Source: Limnothrix sp. BL-A-16 (GTDB lineage: Bacteria; Cyanobacteriota; Cyanobacteriia; CACIAM-69d). From it: a DNA stretch of 64,000 nucleotides. Positions 1 to 11,212 of this stretch are shown here, in pieces. The stretch covers positions 2,560,001 through 2,624,000 of the forward strand of contig CP166615.1 of NCBI GenBank assembly GCA_041937175.2, given 5' to 3'. Within the stretch, counting starts at the first letter, position 1, and each line of letters begins with the position of its first letter. The position numbers and the translations under genes are program-made. The notes below the pieces were generated by a model. The model was not told the DNA's origin and did not search any database. It saw only the letters and a program-made list of their open reading frames with translations.

Positions 1-1
1 A

Positions 2-178
2 CGACTGACCCCGATCGCGCCGGAGGCCTCCAGAGATCCCGAGGCGATCGCCCTGCCCGGCGACTGTGGCTATTGGCTCCATGCCCAAACCCTCGTCTTT
101 CGCCATCCCCGCACCCAAGCCCCGATCGAGGTTTCTTGTCCTGCGCCGTCGCAATTTGGCCAACCCGCCCATCGTTAG
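2..178 (+). CDS. RluA-family pseudouridine synthase, C-terminal fragment (5' end outside window)
   Basis: Frame 2 reads ...LPGDCGYWLHAQTLVFRHPRTQAPIEVSCPAP..., stop TAG at 176-178; LHA..L.F.HP is the RluA C-terminal motif. Confidence 0.75.
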   Translation, partial: RLTPIAPEASRDPEAIALPGDCGYWLHAQTLVFRHPRTQAPIEVSCPAPSQFGQPAHR

Positions 179-245
179 CACCAAATCTTGAGCGCCAGAT
201 CTTGAGCGCCAGATCTTGAGCACCAAATCTTGAGCATCAAATCTA
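177..245. repeat. 14-bp tandem repeat (~5 copies, AGCRCCARATCTTG)
   Basis: agcaccaaatcttg agcgccagatcttg agcgccagatcttg agcaccaaatcttg agcatcaaatct between convergent genes. Confidence 0.85.
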
Positions 246-1193
246 GGGAGCTTTGGAACCCGCCGCCGAACCGCCGATTTGCACATTGGGCGTTTGGATG
301 GTTGGGGCTTGCTGACCGTTCCATTTTTCAATGCGAGTCCGTTCCACCCGCAACCGTTCCAGCTCCAATAATTGCGGGGTAATGGAACCCGCCCGCAGGC
401 GATTGGACTCCGCCTCTGCCCGGGCCTGCTCGATCGTCACCAACGCTTCTCCCTTGGCCCTCGCCACATTGGAAGCCGCCTCCGCTTCCACTTTGCGACG
501 ATTGGCCTCGGCCGTTTGGGCCGCCTGTTGGGCCGCAAACTGTTCGTTAATACTTTTTTGAATGTCCGGGGGCAGCCGCAACGGCCCCAACAGGGACACA
601 TCTTGAACAGTGATGAACTGAAAGCGCCGCTGCACACAGGCCCGCACCGTTGCCACCAATCGCTGCTGACTGGTGGGCACTTGCACAGGGGTCAGGGCTA
701 AGGTTTCCGCCGCTTCCGAAAAACAATTTCTCAGCCCATTTCTCAACTCATTTGCCCGAAACTGATCGGGGGTTTTGCGATAGGTTTCATAGAACTCATG
801 CAGTCTAGTTCTGGTGGTGTTGGGAATCGCTTCCGTAGAAAAACCAAACGATAGGCCCACATCCGCCGAAACGGGACTACCGGCTACGGAAAACACGATC
901 GACTCATCAACGGGTGAGCCTTCCGTTGTTTCTTTGGTGAAAGGATAGGTATTGACAAAGGTTGGAAAAACAACAATTTCTTCCGTGTAGCCATTAAACC
1001 AAACACGCCCCGAAACCAATTCAGCTTTATCAATTCCTTTGCTGCCACCATAGAGTTGAATTTTGAGGCCGGCATACCCTGGCTCAACGGTGGTGATGCT
1101 GGTTCCGGGAATGATGCCACAGGCGTTAAGGGCTGAGGTAAGCAGGGCAAGAGCTGAAGTTTGGATGATTACTCGTTTTGGAAGTTTTGTCAT
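243..1193 (-). CDS. SPFH/Band 7/prohibitin-domain protein, probable lipoprotein
   Basis: N-terminal signal ending LNAC (lipobox-like), VEPGYAG motif, C-terminal AQQ/AEAEA coiled coil, IEKWNG ending. Confidence 0.8.
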   Translation of the reverse strand: MTKLPKRVIIQTSALALLTSALNACGIIPGTSITTVEPGYAGLKIQLYGGSKGIDKAELVSGRVWFNGYTEEIVVFPTFVNTYPFTKETTEGSPVDESIVFSVAGSPVSADVGLSFGFSTEAIPNTTRTRLHEFYETYRKTPDQFRANELRNGLRNCFSEAAETLALTPVQVPTSQQRLVATVRACVQRRFQFITVQDVSLLGPLRLPPDIQKSINEQFAAQQAAQTAEANRRKVEAEAASNVARAKGEALVTIEQARAEAESNRLRAGSITPQLLELERLRVERTRIEKWNGQQAPTIQTPNVQIGGSAAGSKAP

Positions 1194-1355
1194 GGTTGAT
1201 TCTCACACCTTCAATCAAAAAACAGTTAAAAGGATGACTAGCGAGCATTAATCATGAATTGAACCAGCAATTGAGCAAAATACGAATCGAGACACCTATT
1301 AAAAATCAATTAATTTACTAACTTTAAATAAAGCTCGAATTGAGTCATGTTTTCA

Positions 1356-1486
1356 GAGGATGTCTGAAAAGTGTCTTTTGGCACGGGCAATGCACCAATA
1401 GTCTTGGGGGCAAGGGGCTTAAGCCCCTTGTCTTCGTCGATCGATGGGGCGTGCAGAGTATCGATTTTGGCTTTTCAGACATCCTC
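1356..1486. mobile_element. MITE with 16-bp TIRs and TCA target duplication (IS5/IS1031-like ends)
   Basis: GAGGATGTCTGAAAAG (1356-1371) and CTTTTCAGACATCCTC (1471-1486) are perfect inverted repeats; TCA at 1353-1355 and 1487-1489. Confidence 0.8.
1411..1430. repeat. REP-like palindrome CAAGGGGCTTAAGCCCCTTG
   Basis: Perfect 20-bp palindrome; related copies at 3463, 17930, 22474, 52610, 52681. Confidence 0.85.
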
Positions 1487-2065
1487 TCAGGGCGATCGGT
1501 GGGTGGATTGGATGGATTGTGACGGATCAGCAGCATCGGCAATAGGCCATTGATGATCAGTTGCCAGGTCAGGAGAATGCTGCAACAAATCCAAGGGCGA
1601 TCGATTCAAGGCGCGATAGGTTTCGTCCTGGTTGAGCAGTTGCAAGGTTTCGATCGCCTCCTCCACCGCTCGCGAAGAAATCGTCAGTAACTGCACAATT
1701 CGTAGTCGTCGATAGACCGGATCGTATTGCGCCAACAGGGTTCGGGCCCGTCGAGCATCTAGCCACCGCCACAGGCCATAACCCAGCGATCCAATCCAGG
1801 CGATCGGCACACCCAACACAATTGCAAACCCCAAGAGGGGCCAAGGGGAATTGAGAAAGAACGGTGCGATCGCAAAGAGAATCAAACCCAGCAAGATTTC
1901 TCCCAGGGCCGTGAGTAACCAACGTTGCCAGGTTTGAAGCGGCCAGCGCCGCCAGCGTCGTTTCATGGCTACCTTGCCCATCGCCTGTGCAATGGCATGT
2001 TGAATCGCCGGTTTCGATGTGCTGAGAAGTTGGGTGATTGCTCGATCGTAGCCAGCGATGCCCAC
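1487..2065 (-). CDS. hypothetical membrane protein (start uncertain)
   Basis: ORF with two hydrophobic segments (LGEILLGLILFAIAPFFL; LLGFAIVLGVPIAWIGSLGYGLW). Confidence 0.55.
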   Translation of the reverse strand: MGIAGYDRAITQLLSTSKPAIQHAIAQAMGKVAMKRRWRRWPLQTWQRWLLTALGEILLGLILFAIAPFFLNSPWPLLGFAIVLGVPIAWIGSLGYGLWRWLDARRARTLLAQYDPVYRRLRIVQLLTISSRAVEEAIETLQLLNQDETYRALNRSPLDLLQHSPDLATDHQWPIADAADPSQSIQSTHRSP

Positions 2066-2230
2066 GATTGCCCAGCGTTTGATCGATCGACCTATTGATC
2101 GACCGATCGATCGGCCTTGGGATTTACATCACCGGGGCCACGAAGCCGATCGACCTTGGCAAAATGAAATGAGCTGCCCCAGTTTCCGGGCCAGTAGCCG
2201 CATCGATCCACCCTCACCCCCCGATCGCCC

Positions 2231-3403
2231 TTGAACTCCCTGCTCACCGACCTGACCAAACTTCGCCCCCACTTGCGATCGCGCCTGTTGCTATCTCACC
2301 TGCTGGTGGTTTTCCTCAGCATCGGTAGCTTTGCGTTGGTGGGTTGGTTTTCGTCCCCCAAAACCTTTGTTTGGAAGCTGGATGAGCTGGAGGTGCGGGG
2401 GTTTCGGTTGCGCTATGCCCGCACGCAACTGGTGAACAGTTTTGGGTTTGTGTTGCAGCAAAGCACTCTTTGGTCAGCGCTGGTGGGGGCCACGGCGGCA
2501 GGGGCCTTTAGCTATTGGGCGGCTTTGCGGATTGCACGGCCCCTGAAGCATATGGAAGAGGTGACTGTACGGTTTGCCTCGGGGGAACTGGATGCCCGCA
2601 TCCAAGCCAGTGATATTCCAGAACTAAATCAGTTGGGCAGTAGTTTCAACCGTTTGGCCACGAGCTTGGAGGGCACGGAGCAGCGCCGCCGGGATTTGAT
2701 CAGCGACCTGACCCATGAACTGCGCACACCGCTGACGGTGGTGAGGGGCTATCTCGAAGAACTGAGTGAAGGGCGGATTGATCCCACGCCGGATTTGTTC
2801 GATCGCCTGATTCGCGAAACCAAACGGCTGGAGCGACTGGTGAGCGACACTCAAGAGCTATCGCGGGCAGAAACGGGCTATTTACCGATTCATGTGCAGT
2901 CGATCGACCTGCGGCCACTGTTGGAATCAATCATCAACCGCATTGCCGATCAGGTGTTTGATGATGAACCGAGGTTAATTCTCGACTGCCCGGCGGTCCT
3001 GCCGCTGGTGGCCGCCGATCCCGATCGGGTGGAACAGGTGTTGCTGAATCTGATGGGCAATGCCTTACGCCACACCACCTGTGGCTCAATTCGCCTTTGG
3101 GCCAGTCCCAAGGATGAACGCGCCCTTTGGGTGGGGGTCACGGATACGGGGGAAGGCATTTCTGAGGAAGATTTGCCCCATGTGTTTGAGCGATTTTGGC
3201 GTGCCGATCGCAGTCGTTGCCGCCATGAGGGCCGCCAATCCGCTGGCGTGGGGATTGGGCTATCCATTTCCCGGCGATTGGTGGAGCTTCAGGGGGGTGA
3301 AATGGAGGTGACCAGCGAGCTAGGCAAGGGCAGCACGTTTCAATTCAGCCTCCCGATCGCGATCGGGAGCGAGAAACTTCAGAAAAACATCGAAACAAAT
3401 TAG
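2231..3403 (+). CDS. membrane sensor histidine kinase (HAMP-HisKA-HATPase)
   Basis: Two TM segments, HAMP, H-box HELRTPL, N-box NLMGNA, DTGEG, G2 GIGL. Confidence 0.95.
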   Translation: MNSLLTDLTKLRPHLRSRLLLSHLLVVFLSIGSFALVGWFSSPKTFVWKLDELEVRGFRLRYARTQLVNSFGFVLQQSTLWSALVGATAAGAFSYWAALRIARPLKHMEEVTVRFASGELDARIQASDIPELNQLGSSFNRLATSLEGTEQRRRDLISDLTHELRTPLTVVRGYLEELSEGRIDPTPDLFDRLIRETKRLERLVSDTQELSRAETGYLPIHVQSIDLRPLLESIINRIADQVFDDEPRLILDCPAVLPLVAADPDRVEQVLLNLMGNALRHTTCGSIRLWASPKDERALWVGVTDTGEGISEEDLPHVFERFWRADRSRCRHEGRQSAGVGIGLSISRRLVELQGGEMEVTSELGKGSTFQFSLPIAIGSEKLQKNIETN

Positions 3404-3462
3404 CAGTAGTAGCATGACAGGCTTAATACATTGGGTCGAAGTTGCGGAGCCAGTCGTGGTAA

Positions 3463-3482
3463 CAAGGGGCTTGAGCATCTTG
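3463..3482. repeat. degenerate REP-like palindrome copy
   Basis: caaggggcttgagcatcttg with shared flanking sequence on the minus strand. Confidence 0.55.
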
Positions 3483-3665
3483 CTGCCTAACGATTTGGTG
3501 ACGGTAACAGCCATGTAATTTAACCCAGTGAATTAGGGCAGCCACGCTAGTAGAAACATCCAGAAAACTTGAACCCCTCTCCCCAGCCCGAGCGATCGCC
3601 CAGGTAATCACACCAGTCATCGCCCAAATAATTGCCCAAATAATTGCCCCAGCAATGATCAGAAA

Positions 3666-4292
3666 CTATTCCACCTCGCGCCGACCTTCGAGGGCCTTCG
3701 CCAAGGTAACCTCATCGGCATATTCCAACTCACCCCCCACGGGCAACCCAAATGCAATTCTGGTCACCTTGGTAAAGGGCTTCAGGAGTTGAGACAGATA
3801 AAGGGTGGTGGTTTCCCCTTCAATGCTGGGCCCGATCGCCAAAATTACCTCATGGGTCTTTTCGCGATGCACCCGCTGCACCAGGGGCTGAATCGTCAGG
3901 CTTTCGGGGCCAATGCCATCCATAGGGGAAATGACTCCGCCCAAGACGTGGTAGCGCCCACGATATTCACGAGTGCGCTCGATCGCAATCAGATCCCGCG
4001 AGTCCGCCACCACACAGATCGTCTGTTGATCGCGGTTCGGGTTGCTGCAAACCTCGCAAACCGGCTCCGCCGAGAGGTGATAGCAAACCTGACAATGGCC
4101 CACCTGTTGCTTGGCATCCAGCAGCGCTTGGGCAAGGGTTTGAATTTCCGCCTCCGGGCGATTCAACAGATACAGCGCCAACCGCTGGGCAGATTTAGGG
4201 CCAATGCCCGGTAGCCGTTGCAATTGCTCAATTAATCGAGCCAAAGGACGAGTATAAACAGCACACCTCCTGCGCTGCGCCGCGTAAGGCAC
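3666..4292 (-). CDS. recR: recombination mediator RecR (start at GTG 4292 or non-canonical GTT 4259)
   Basis: [14 protein letters not shown]4 zinc finger [36 protein letters not shown]. Confidence 0.97.
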   Translation of the reverse strand: MPYAAQRRRCAVYTRPLARLIEQLQRLPGIGPKSAQRLALYLLNRPEAEIQTLAQALLDAKQQVGHCQVCYHLSAEPVCEVCSNPNRDQQTICVVADSRDLIAIERTREYRGRYHVLGGVISPMDGIGPESLTIQPLVQRVHREKTHEVILAIGPSIEGETTTLYLSQLLKPFTKVTRIAFGLPVGGELEYADEVTLAKALEGRREVE

Positions 4293-4369
4293 CAGTTTGT
4301 TTCGCAGCCGCGTATTCTAGCACTTCCCTTTCGGGCAAGCGGAGCCTACAATCGTGCTGATTTTTCGCA

Positions 4370-5062
4370 ATGGCTGGAACTATGACCGAGGCTCCGATCG
4401 ATCGCGCTCCCGAGCCTAACTTGGTCTCCCCTCAACTGTCCGGTGACCTCTTAGCGCTCTATCAAAACCTGCCCCCGATCGCCCTGGGCGTATTAGCCTC
4501 GGGAAGTGGCAGTAATTTTGAAACCATCATGGAGGCGATCGCCGATGGCCGCTTACGGGCAGAGGTGAAAGTGCTGATTTACAACAACCCCGGGGCCAAA
4601 GTCGCCGCCCGGGCAGCCCGCTGGGGCGTGACCGCCGTTCTCCTCGACCATCGCCAATACCCCGATCGAAACCAGTTTGACGCGGCCGTTGTCCAAGCGC
4701 TCCAAGCCGCTGGAGTGGAATGGGTTGCCATGGCCGGTTGGATGCGGCGGGCCACCGAAACCCTCGTCAATGCCTTTCCCCAACGGGCCATCAACATTCA
4801 CCCCAGCCTGTTGCCCAGCTTTCCCGGCATTCGGGCCGTTGAACAAGCCCTCGCCGCCCAAGTCAGAATCACCGGCTGCACAGTGCATTTCGTAGAACTA
4901 GAGGTGGACAGCGGCCCCATCCTGATGCAGGCTGCTGTTCCCGTTTACCCCACCGACAACGCCGAAACGCTCCACGCCAGAATTCAAACCCAAGAGCATT
5001 TGATTTTTCCCCAGGCGATCGCCCTGGCCATCGCCCAAGCCAATCAAGCCACTCAGCCCTAG
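4370..5062 (+). CDS. purN: phosphoribosylglycinamide formyltransferase
   Basis: LASGSGSNFE, INIHPSLLPSFPG, TGCTVHFV..VDSGPI. Confidence 0.95.
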   Translation: MAGTMTEAPIDRAPEPNLVSPQLSGDLLALYQNLPPIALGVLASGSGSNFETIMEAIADGRLRAEVKVLIYNNPGAKVAARAARWGVTAVLLDHRQYPDRNQFDAAVVQALQAAGVEWVAMAGWMRRATETLVNAFPQRAINIHPSLLPSFPGIRAVEQALAAQVRITGCTVHFVELEVDSGPILMQAAVPVYPTDNAETLHARIQTQEHLIFPQAIALAIAQANQATQP

Positions 5063-5280
5063 TCGTTTCAAGATCAATCCAAAATCAATCCAAAATGCCC
5101 AAGAGTTACATGAACTCTCGGGCACTAAAGCATTAGCTTGAGTAACCAAATCCCCAACTGGGCAATTCAACCAGCACAGCTTTGAACTACTGGTAACTTT
5201 TTTAATTACTGGTAATTGCTGGCAATTACTGATTGAAATTGTTAGGGATAACTGGCGATCAACCGCCCTACTTAAAATCT

Positions 5281-5598
5281 CTAGAGCTTCACTTCAATAT
5301 CCACACCAGCCGGCAAATCGAGCTTCATCAAAGCATCGATCGTTTTCGACGACGGCTGATAGATATCAACCACGCGGCGGTGAGTGCGCGTTTCAAAATG
5401 CTCACGCGAATCCTTGTCCACGTGGGGAGAACGCAGCACGCAATAGATCTTGCGCTTCGTCGGCAGCGGAATCGGGCCCACCGCCGTCGCGCTCGTGCGG
5501 TTCGCCGTATCCACAATCTTTTCGCAGGAAGCATCCAACAGCTTTCGATCGAAAGCTTGCAAGCGGATCCGGATTTTCTGTTGCTGAATCGTCGCCAT
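5281..5598 (-). CDS. rpsJ: 30S ribosomal protein S10
   Basis: [30 protein letters not shown]. Confidence 0.98.
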   Translation of the reverse strand: MATIQQQKIRIRLQAFDRKLLDASCEKIVDTANRTSATAVGPIPLPTKRKIYCVLRSPHVDKDSREHFETRTHRRVVDIYQPSSKTIDALMKLDLPAGVDIEVKL

Positions 5599-5716
5599 AC
5601 TCAAGGACTCAGGGGGTGTAAAGACTCAATTTTCAAGGTTCAGGGTTTGACTGAAGACAGCCGTAGGAACGCTGAATCCAGCGCTCCTACAGTGTCTAGC
5701 TCAGATGAACCAACAA

Positions 5717-6946
5717 CTACTTAACGATCTTGGCAACCACACCAGCACCAATCGTCCGGCCGCCTTCGCGAATAGCGAAGCGCATCCCCTGTTCGATTGC
5801 TACCGGGCAGATCAGCTCAACCGTCATCTTGATCCGGTCACCGGGCATCACCATTTCCACGGTCGAGCCGTCGTCAGCGGTGTAAGCCGTGATTTGACCG
5901 GTCACATCCGTAGTCCGCACATAGAACTGAGGACGATAGCCAGCGAAGAACGGGGTGTGGCGGCCGCCTTCTTCCTTGGTCAACACGTACACTTCAGCCT
6001 CGAATTGCGTATGGGGGCTGATCGACTTCGGCTTCGCCAGCACCATACCGCGCTCGATATCTTCCTTTTGGATACCGCGCAACAGCAAACCAGCATTGTC
6101 CCCAGCCATCCCTTGATCCAGGGACTTCTTGAACATTTCCACACCGGTCACAGTGGTGCTGCGAGTGTCCTTCAGACCCACGATTTCCACCGTGTCGCCC
6201 ACCTTGACGATACCGCGCTCGATCCGGCCGGTGGCAACCGTACCACGACCCGTAATCGAGAACACGTCTTCCACTGCCATCAGGAAGTCACGATCCACAT
6301 CGCGCTCAGGAGTGGGCACATAGCCATCCACTTCATCCATCAGCTTCAGGATCTTGTCAACCCACTCGTTTTCGCCGCGAGCGATCTTGGGGTTAGCGGT
6401 CAGGGCTTCCACAGCCTTCACAGCCGAACCGATCACGATCGGGATGTCGTCGCCGGGGAAGTCATAGCTGCTCAGCAGTTCACGGACTTCCAGTTCAACC
6501 AGCTCCAGCAGTTCAGCATCATCCACCAAGTCTTCCTTGTTCAGGAAAACCACCAGGTTGGGCACGCCCACCTGACGAGCCAGCAGGATGTGCTCACGGG
6601 TTTGGGGCATGGGGCCGTCAGCCGCCGACACCACCAGGATGCCGCCGTCCATTTGAGCAGCACCGGTGATCATGTTCTTCACGTAGTCCGCGTGACCGGG
6701 GCAGTCCACGTGGGCATAGTGGCGCTCTTCGGTCTCGTATTCCACGTGAGCCGTGTTGATCGTGATCCCACGGGCTTTTTCTTCCGGTGCGGAGTCGATG
6801 TCGGCGTAGTTACGAGCCTTGGCCTTCCCTTGGGCTGCCAACGACATGGTGATTGCAGCAGTCAGGGTCGTTTTGCCGTGGTCAACGTGCCCGATCGTCC
6901 CGATGTTGACGTGAGGTTTAGTCCGTTCAAACTTTTCGCGTGCCAT
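5717..6946 (-). CDS. tuf: elongation factor Tu
   Basis: [21 protein letters not shown]. Confidence 0.99.
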   Translation of the reverse strand: MAREKFERTKPHVNIGTIGHVDHGKTTLTAAITMSLAAQGKAKARNYADIDSAPEEKARGITINTAHVEYETEERHYAHVDCPGHADYVKNMITGAAQMDGGILVVSAADGPMPQTREHILLARQVGVPNLVVFLNKEDLVDDAELLELVELEVRELLSSYDFPGDDIPIVIGSAVKAVEALTANPKIARGENEWVDKILKLMDEVDGYVPTPERDVDRDFLMAVEDVFSITGRGTVATGRIERGIVKVGDTVEIVGLKDTRSTTVTGVEMFKKSLDQGMAGDNAGLLLRGIQKEDIERGMVLAKPKSISPHTQFEAEVYVLTKEEGGRHTPFFAGYRPQFYVRTTDVTGQITAYTADDGSTVEMVMPGDRIKMTVELICPVAIEQGMRFAIREGGRTIGAGVVAKIVK

Positions 6947-6971
6947 GAGTCTTGTGCGTTCCTTTTCCTTG

Positions 6972-9047
6972 CTATGCGTTCCCCTTACTCTTCGCGATGA
7001 TCGCCTCAGCGACGTTGCGAGGAACTTCGCTGTATTGGCTGAACTCCATCGAGAAGATACCGCGGCCTTGCGTCATCGAGCGAATGTCGGTGGCATAACC
7101 AAACATTTCTGCCAGAGGTACTTTAGCAGCAACCTTGGCCGTTCCGCTCTCGGAACCCATCCCTTCGATTTGACCGCGACGGGAGTTGAGGTTCCCCATC
7201 ACGTCACCGAGAAACTCTTCAGGAGCTTCAACCTCAACCTTCATCAAAGGTTCGAGGAGGACGGGTGCTGCTTTCATGACCGCCTCGCGGACAGCCATGG
7301 AGCCAGCAATTTTGAATGCCATTTCCGACGAGTCCACATCGTGGTAAGACCCATCGACCATGGTGACCTTCACATCGATCAGTGGGTAGCCTGCTAGGAT
7401 ACCGGATTCGCAAGCTTCGCGCATCCCCTGTTCCGCAGGGCCGATGTATTCCTTCGGCACCACACCACCGACGATCTTCGAGACGAACTCAAAGCCCGTC
7501 CCCGGTTCGCCCGGCTCAATTTCAACCACCACGTGGCCGTATTGACCCTTACCACCGCTCTGGCGGACAAATTTGCCTTCTGCCTTGGCAGCCTTACCGA
7601 TGGTTTCGCGATACGCCACCTGCGGCGCACCCACGTTGGCTTCCACGCGGAATTCCCGCATCATGCGATCTACGAGGATTTCGAGGTGCAGCTCACCCAT
7701 CCCAGCGATCACGGTTTGGTTGGTTTCCGAGTCAATGCTGACGCGGAAGGTCGGATCTTCTTCCGAGAGAGATTGCAGGGCCTTGGACAGTTTTTCCATG
7801 TCCTGCTTGGTCTTCGGCTCAACGGCCACCGAGATCACCGGCTCAGGAATGAACAGGGATTCCAGAATGACCGGATCGCTTTCGCTGCAAATCGTGTCGC
7901 CGGTAATGGTGTCTTTCAGACCCAGGGCTGCGCCAAGGTCGCCAGCACGCATTTCGTCTACTTCGATTCGTTCGTCAGCTTTGAGCACGATCAAGCGCGA
8001 AATCCGCTCTTTCTTGCCCTTGGTGGCGTTGTAGACGTAGCTACCCTTGGTGATCACGCCGGAGTAGACCCGGATGAAGGTCAAGCGACCATAGGGGTCA
8101 GCCATGATCTTGAAGGCCAGGGCTGCTGGGGGTGCGTTGTCGTCGGCCGGACGGGTCACTTCCGAACCGTCGGGCAGCAGACCCTTAATCGGGGGCACGT
8201 CGATCGGGGCGGGCAGGTAGTCCACCACGGCATCGAGCAGCAGTTGAACCCCTTTGTTTTTGAAGGCAGAGCCGCAGAGCATGGGGACGATCGTGCCGTC
8301 GATTGTGCCCTTGCGCAGCGCACCCTTGATTTCCTCTTGGGTCAGCTCTTCGCCTTCAAGATACTTTTCGGTCAAGGCATCGTCGGTTTCGGCAACCGCT
8401 TCCACCAACTTCAGGCGATATTCATCAGCCAGGTCAACCAGATCTTCAGGAATATCGGTTTCTTGGATGTCGGTGCCCAGATCGTTGGCGTAGATGTAGG
8501 CGCGCATCTTCACCAGGTCAACAATGCCGCGCAACTCAGATTCAGCCCCGATCGGGATTTGAACCGGCACCGCATTGGCCTTTAGGCGATCGCGCACCTG
8601 ACCATAGACCTTGTAGAAGTTCGCACCCGTCCGGTCCATCTTGTTCACGAACACAATCCGGGGGACTTTGTAACGGTCAGCTTGCCGCCACACCGTTTCC
8701 GACTGGGGCTGCACGCCACCCACCGAACAGAACACCGCGATCACACCATCGAGCACCCGCATGGAGCGCTCCACCTCGATCGTGAAGTCCACGTGACCAG
8801 GCGTATCAATGATGTTGATCTTGTGATCGTTCCAGCTCGTACTGATGGCCGCAGCGGTGATCGTGATTCCACGCTCACGCTCTTGCTCCATCCAGTCCGT
8901 GACGGCAGTTCCCTCGTGAACTTCACCGATCTTGTGAACCACGCCCGAGTAATACAGAATCCGCTCGGTCGTCGTTGTTTTGCCCGCATCAATGTGGGCG
9001 GCAATTCCAATATTTCGCACTCGTTCGAGCGGAATCGATCTGGCCAC
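6972..9047 (-). CDS. fusA: elongation factor G
   Basis: [29 protein letters not shown]. Confidence 0.99.
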   Translation of the reverse strand: MARSIPLERVRNIGIAAHIDAGKTTTTERILYYSGVVHKIGEVHEGTAVTDWMEQERERGITITAAAISTSWNDHKINIIDTPGHVDFTIEVERSMRVLDGVIAVFCSVGGVQPQSETVWRQADRYKVPRIVFVNKMDRTGANFYKVYGQVRDRLKANAVPVQIPIGAESELRGIVDLVKMRAYIYANDLGTDIQETDIPEDLVDLADEYRLKLVEAVAETDDALTEKYLEGEELTQEEIKGALRKGTIDGTIVPMLCGSAFKNKGVQLLLDAVVDYLPAPIDVPPIKGLLPDGSEVTRPADDNAPPAALAFKIMADPYGRLTFIRVYSGVITKGSYVYNATKGKKERISRLIVLKADERIEVDEMRAGDLGAALGLKDTITGDTICSESDPVILESLFIPEPVISVAVEPKTKQDMEKLSKALQSLSEEDPTFRVSIDSETNQTVIAGMGELHLEILVDRMMREFRVEANVGAPQVAYRETIGKAAKAEGKFVRQSGGKGQYGHVVVEIEPGEPGTGFEFVSKIVGGVVPKEYIGPAEQGMREACESGILAGYPLIDVKVTMVDGSYHDVDSSEMAFKIAGSMAVREAVMKAAPVLLEPLMKVEVEAPEEFLGDVMGNLNSRRGQIEGMGSESGTAKVAAKVPLAEMFGYATDIRSMTQGRGIFSMEFSQYSEVPRNVAEAIIAKSKGNA

Positions 9048-9276
9048 TTTAACCTCCTGGGACTCCTATCGCAGATACCATGTTACATCCTTGTTAAGTA
9101 ATCGAAACAAAGACAGAACGCTGGGGAAACAGATTGGGCTGACCGCTATTTAAGAATGCGATCAAACCCCACTGCCACCAAAACGCTTGTCTCAGTTTCC
9201 AACTTACGAGGACTGAAGCACTGAGCCATTTGTCAGCCGATGAATCGTCGTGACAAACGCTCGAAACTCTCGAAAC

Positions 9277-9747
9277 CTAGTAGCGATAGTGAGCAAAGGC
9301 CTTGTTCGCTTCCGCCATCCGGTGCGTTTCTTCGCGCTTCCGGATTGCGCTACCCGTTTCGTTGGCCGCATCCATCACTTCATTCGCAAAGCGGCTCACC
9401 ATGCTGCGGCCACCGCGTTGGCGAGCAAATTGGATCAACCAGCGCAGGGCCAGGGCAATGCCCCGATCGCTCCGCACTTCCATGGGCACTTGGTAAGTTG
9501 CACCACCCACCCGGCGAGCTTTTACCTCCACCAGGGGCGTTGCGTTCTTCACGGCCCGCTCAAAGATATCCAGGGGTTCCGAGCCAGTGCGCTCTTGGAT
9601 GAGCTTGAAGGCATCGTAAACAATCCGGGAAGCGACCGACTTCTTGCCAGATTTCATGATCCGGCGAACAGTCATGCTGACCAGGCGGCTGTTGTAAACA
9701 GGGTCAGGGGGAACAGGGCGTTTGTTGACAGTTGTACGACGAGACAT
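9277..9747 (-). CDS. rpsG: 30S ribosomal protein S7
   Basis: [26 protein letters not shown]. Confidence 0.99.
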   Translation of the reverse strand: MSRRTTVNKRPVPPDPVYNSRLVSMTVRRIMKSGKKSVASRIVYDAFKLIQERTGSEPLDIFERAVKNATPLVEVKARRVGGATYQVPMEVRSDRGIALALRWLIQFARQRGGRSMVSRFANEVMDAANETGSAIRKREETHRMAEANKAFAHYRY

Positions 9748-10036
9748 ATAACAGTAGCCGTTAGGTCACAATCAGAGCGTGAACAAGCAAACTAAAACTT
9801 TGGTGTCGCAAAGTCCATGAATATCTGCCACCCAGTCAGCACTCAGTCAGGGGGCTGCATGGGTGCTTGCTGGGAGCCTGAAATGGCTAACCGCGATTTT
9901 CTAATTCCTTTGCGTACCAAGCACCCGAGCAGTCACCGACAACTGCGTCATGAGCAATTTCAATTGTTGAAAATTGTTGAATTGGCCATGCTGAAGTTGC
10001 GGTTAACAGTGCCGGCCCGGGACTACGGAACCACCA

Positions 10037-10417
10037 TTATTTTTGGGGCTTCGGGCGCTTCGCACCGTACTTGGATCGCCCTTGCTTACGATCTTTAACG
10101 CCGGCAGTGTCAAGGGTTCCGCGAATGATGTGGTAGCGCACGCCGGGCAGGTCTTTTACCCGACCACCGCGAATCATGACCACTGAGTGTTCTTGCAGAT
10201 TGTGCCCAATGCCCGGAATGTAGGCTGTCACTTCAAAGCCGGAGGTTAGGCGAACACGTGCCACCTTACGCAGGGCAGAGTTGGGCTTTTTGGGTGTGGT
10301 GGTGTACACGCGCGTGCAAACGCCGCGGCGCTGAGGACAGCTTTTGAGCGCTGGCGATTTGGTTTTGCTCTTAGCTTTGGCGCGCTCAGATCGGATGAGT
10401 TGCTGAATCGTGGGCAT
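10037..10417 (-). CDS. rpsL: 30S ribosomal protein S12
   Basis: [29 protein letters not shown]. Confidence 0.99.
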   Translation of the reverse strand: MPTIQQLIRSERAKAKSKTKSPALKSCPQRRGVCTRVYTTTPKKPNSALRKVARVRLTSGFEVTAYIPGIGHNLQEHSVVMIRGGRVKDLPGVRYHIIRGTLDTAGVKDRKQGRSKYGAKRPKPQK

Positions 10418-10649
10418 GGGCTTACTGCACCGGCAGATTCTAGATATTCGATGGGGTCATAAAATGTCACGGTCTATAACTATACGGATGTGCTGTTACC
10501 TTTGTCAATGAAGCGTAGCTAGGTTGACAGCTTTCTGGGAATGGCTTCGCTAGGTGGGCTTTTCGTCAAAGTTCGCCGTCCCTTGGCCGGTGCGGTGGTC
10601 ATGGTTTCGAGACGATCGCCCTCAACCCTCAACCAAACGAATCGATCGG

Positions 10650-10991
10650 CTACGATTCGCCATGATCGAAGGAGTGCCCACAACTGCAATTGTTGCGAGC
10701 ATTGGGGTTTTGGAACCGAAAATTACCACCCACCAGATCTTCGGAATAGTCGATCGTCAAGCCTCGTAGGTAGGGCAAATCATGGTCGCGCACGATCGCC
10801 CGCCAGCCATCTCCTTCAAGGGCCTGTTCATCAGGGGCGATCGCCTGGCTCGGTGGGTGGAACTGCAAGACATAGGTCAGGGAGCGACATCCTCCCGATC
10901 GCACCTCCAGCCGAAACCAGCCTTGTTCCAGTCCCCATTGTTGAGCAAGGCGGTGAACTTCAGCTTGGGCCGCAGCAGACAGAACCAACAT
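10650..10991 (-). CDS. HesB/IscA-family Fe-S cluster assembly accessory protein
   Basis: SGGC and NPNA..CSCGHSF motifs. Confidence 0.9.
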   Translation of the reverse strand: MLVLSAAAQAEVHRLAQQWGLEQGWFRLEVRSGGCRSLTYVLQFHPPSQAIAPDEQALEGDGWRAIVRDHDLPYLRGLTIDYSEDLVGGNFRFQNPNARNNCSCGHSFDHGES

Positions 10992-11212
10992 GGATAGTCA
11001 ACAGAATTTTTGAGAAATGGTTTAAAAAATGCGATCAACGAAGTGTGATTTGGCTCGCCAAACGCCTTAGCCAGCCCTGAAACCATTGCCATCGCAGCAA
11101 CATTCACGATCTCAGGCAGACCCAAGCGAACGGACTCAATTCAAGAGCAGAGCAAGCCAAAATCAGGGCAAGCCAAATCAAAACAAATCAAAATCGAATC
11201 GAAGCAATGGCC

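Noticed and set aside
3423..3620. Small ORF downstream of recR, considered as psb30
   Set aside because: No TM helix or Psb30 motif; overlaps a degenerate REP
5705..7000. 431-aa plus-strand ORF
   Set aside because: Antisense shadow of tuf caused by codon bias
7533..8585. 350-aa plus-strand ORF
   Set aside because: Antisense shadow of fusA
9121..9205. GGAAAC...GTTTCC motif resembling CRISPR repeat ends
   Set aside because: Single imperfect inverted repeat in the rpsG-fusA spacer; no array
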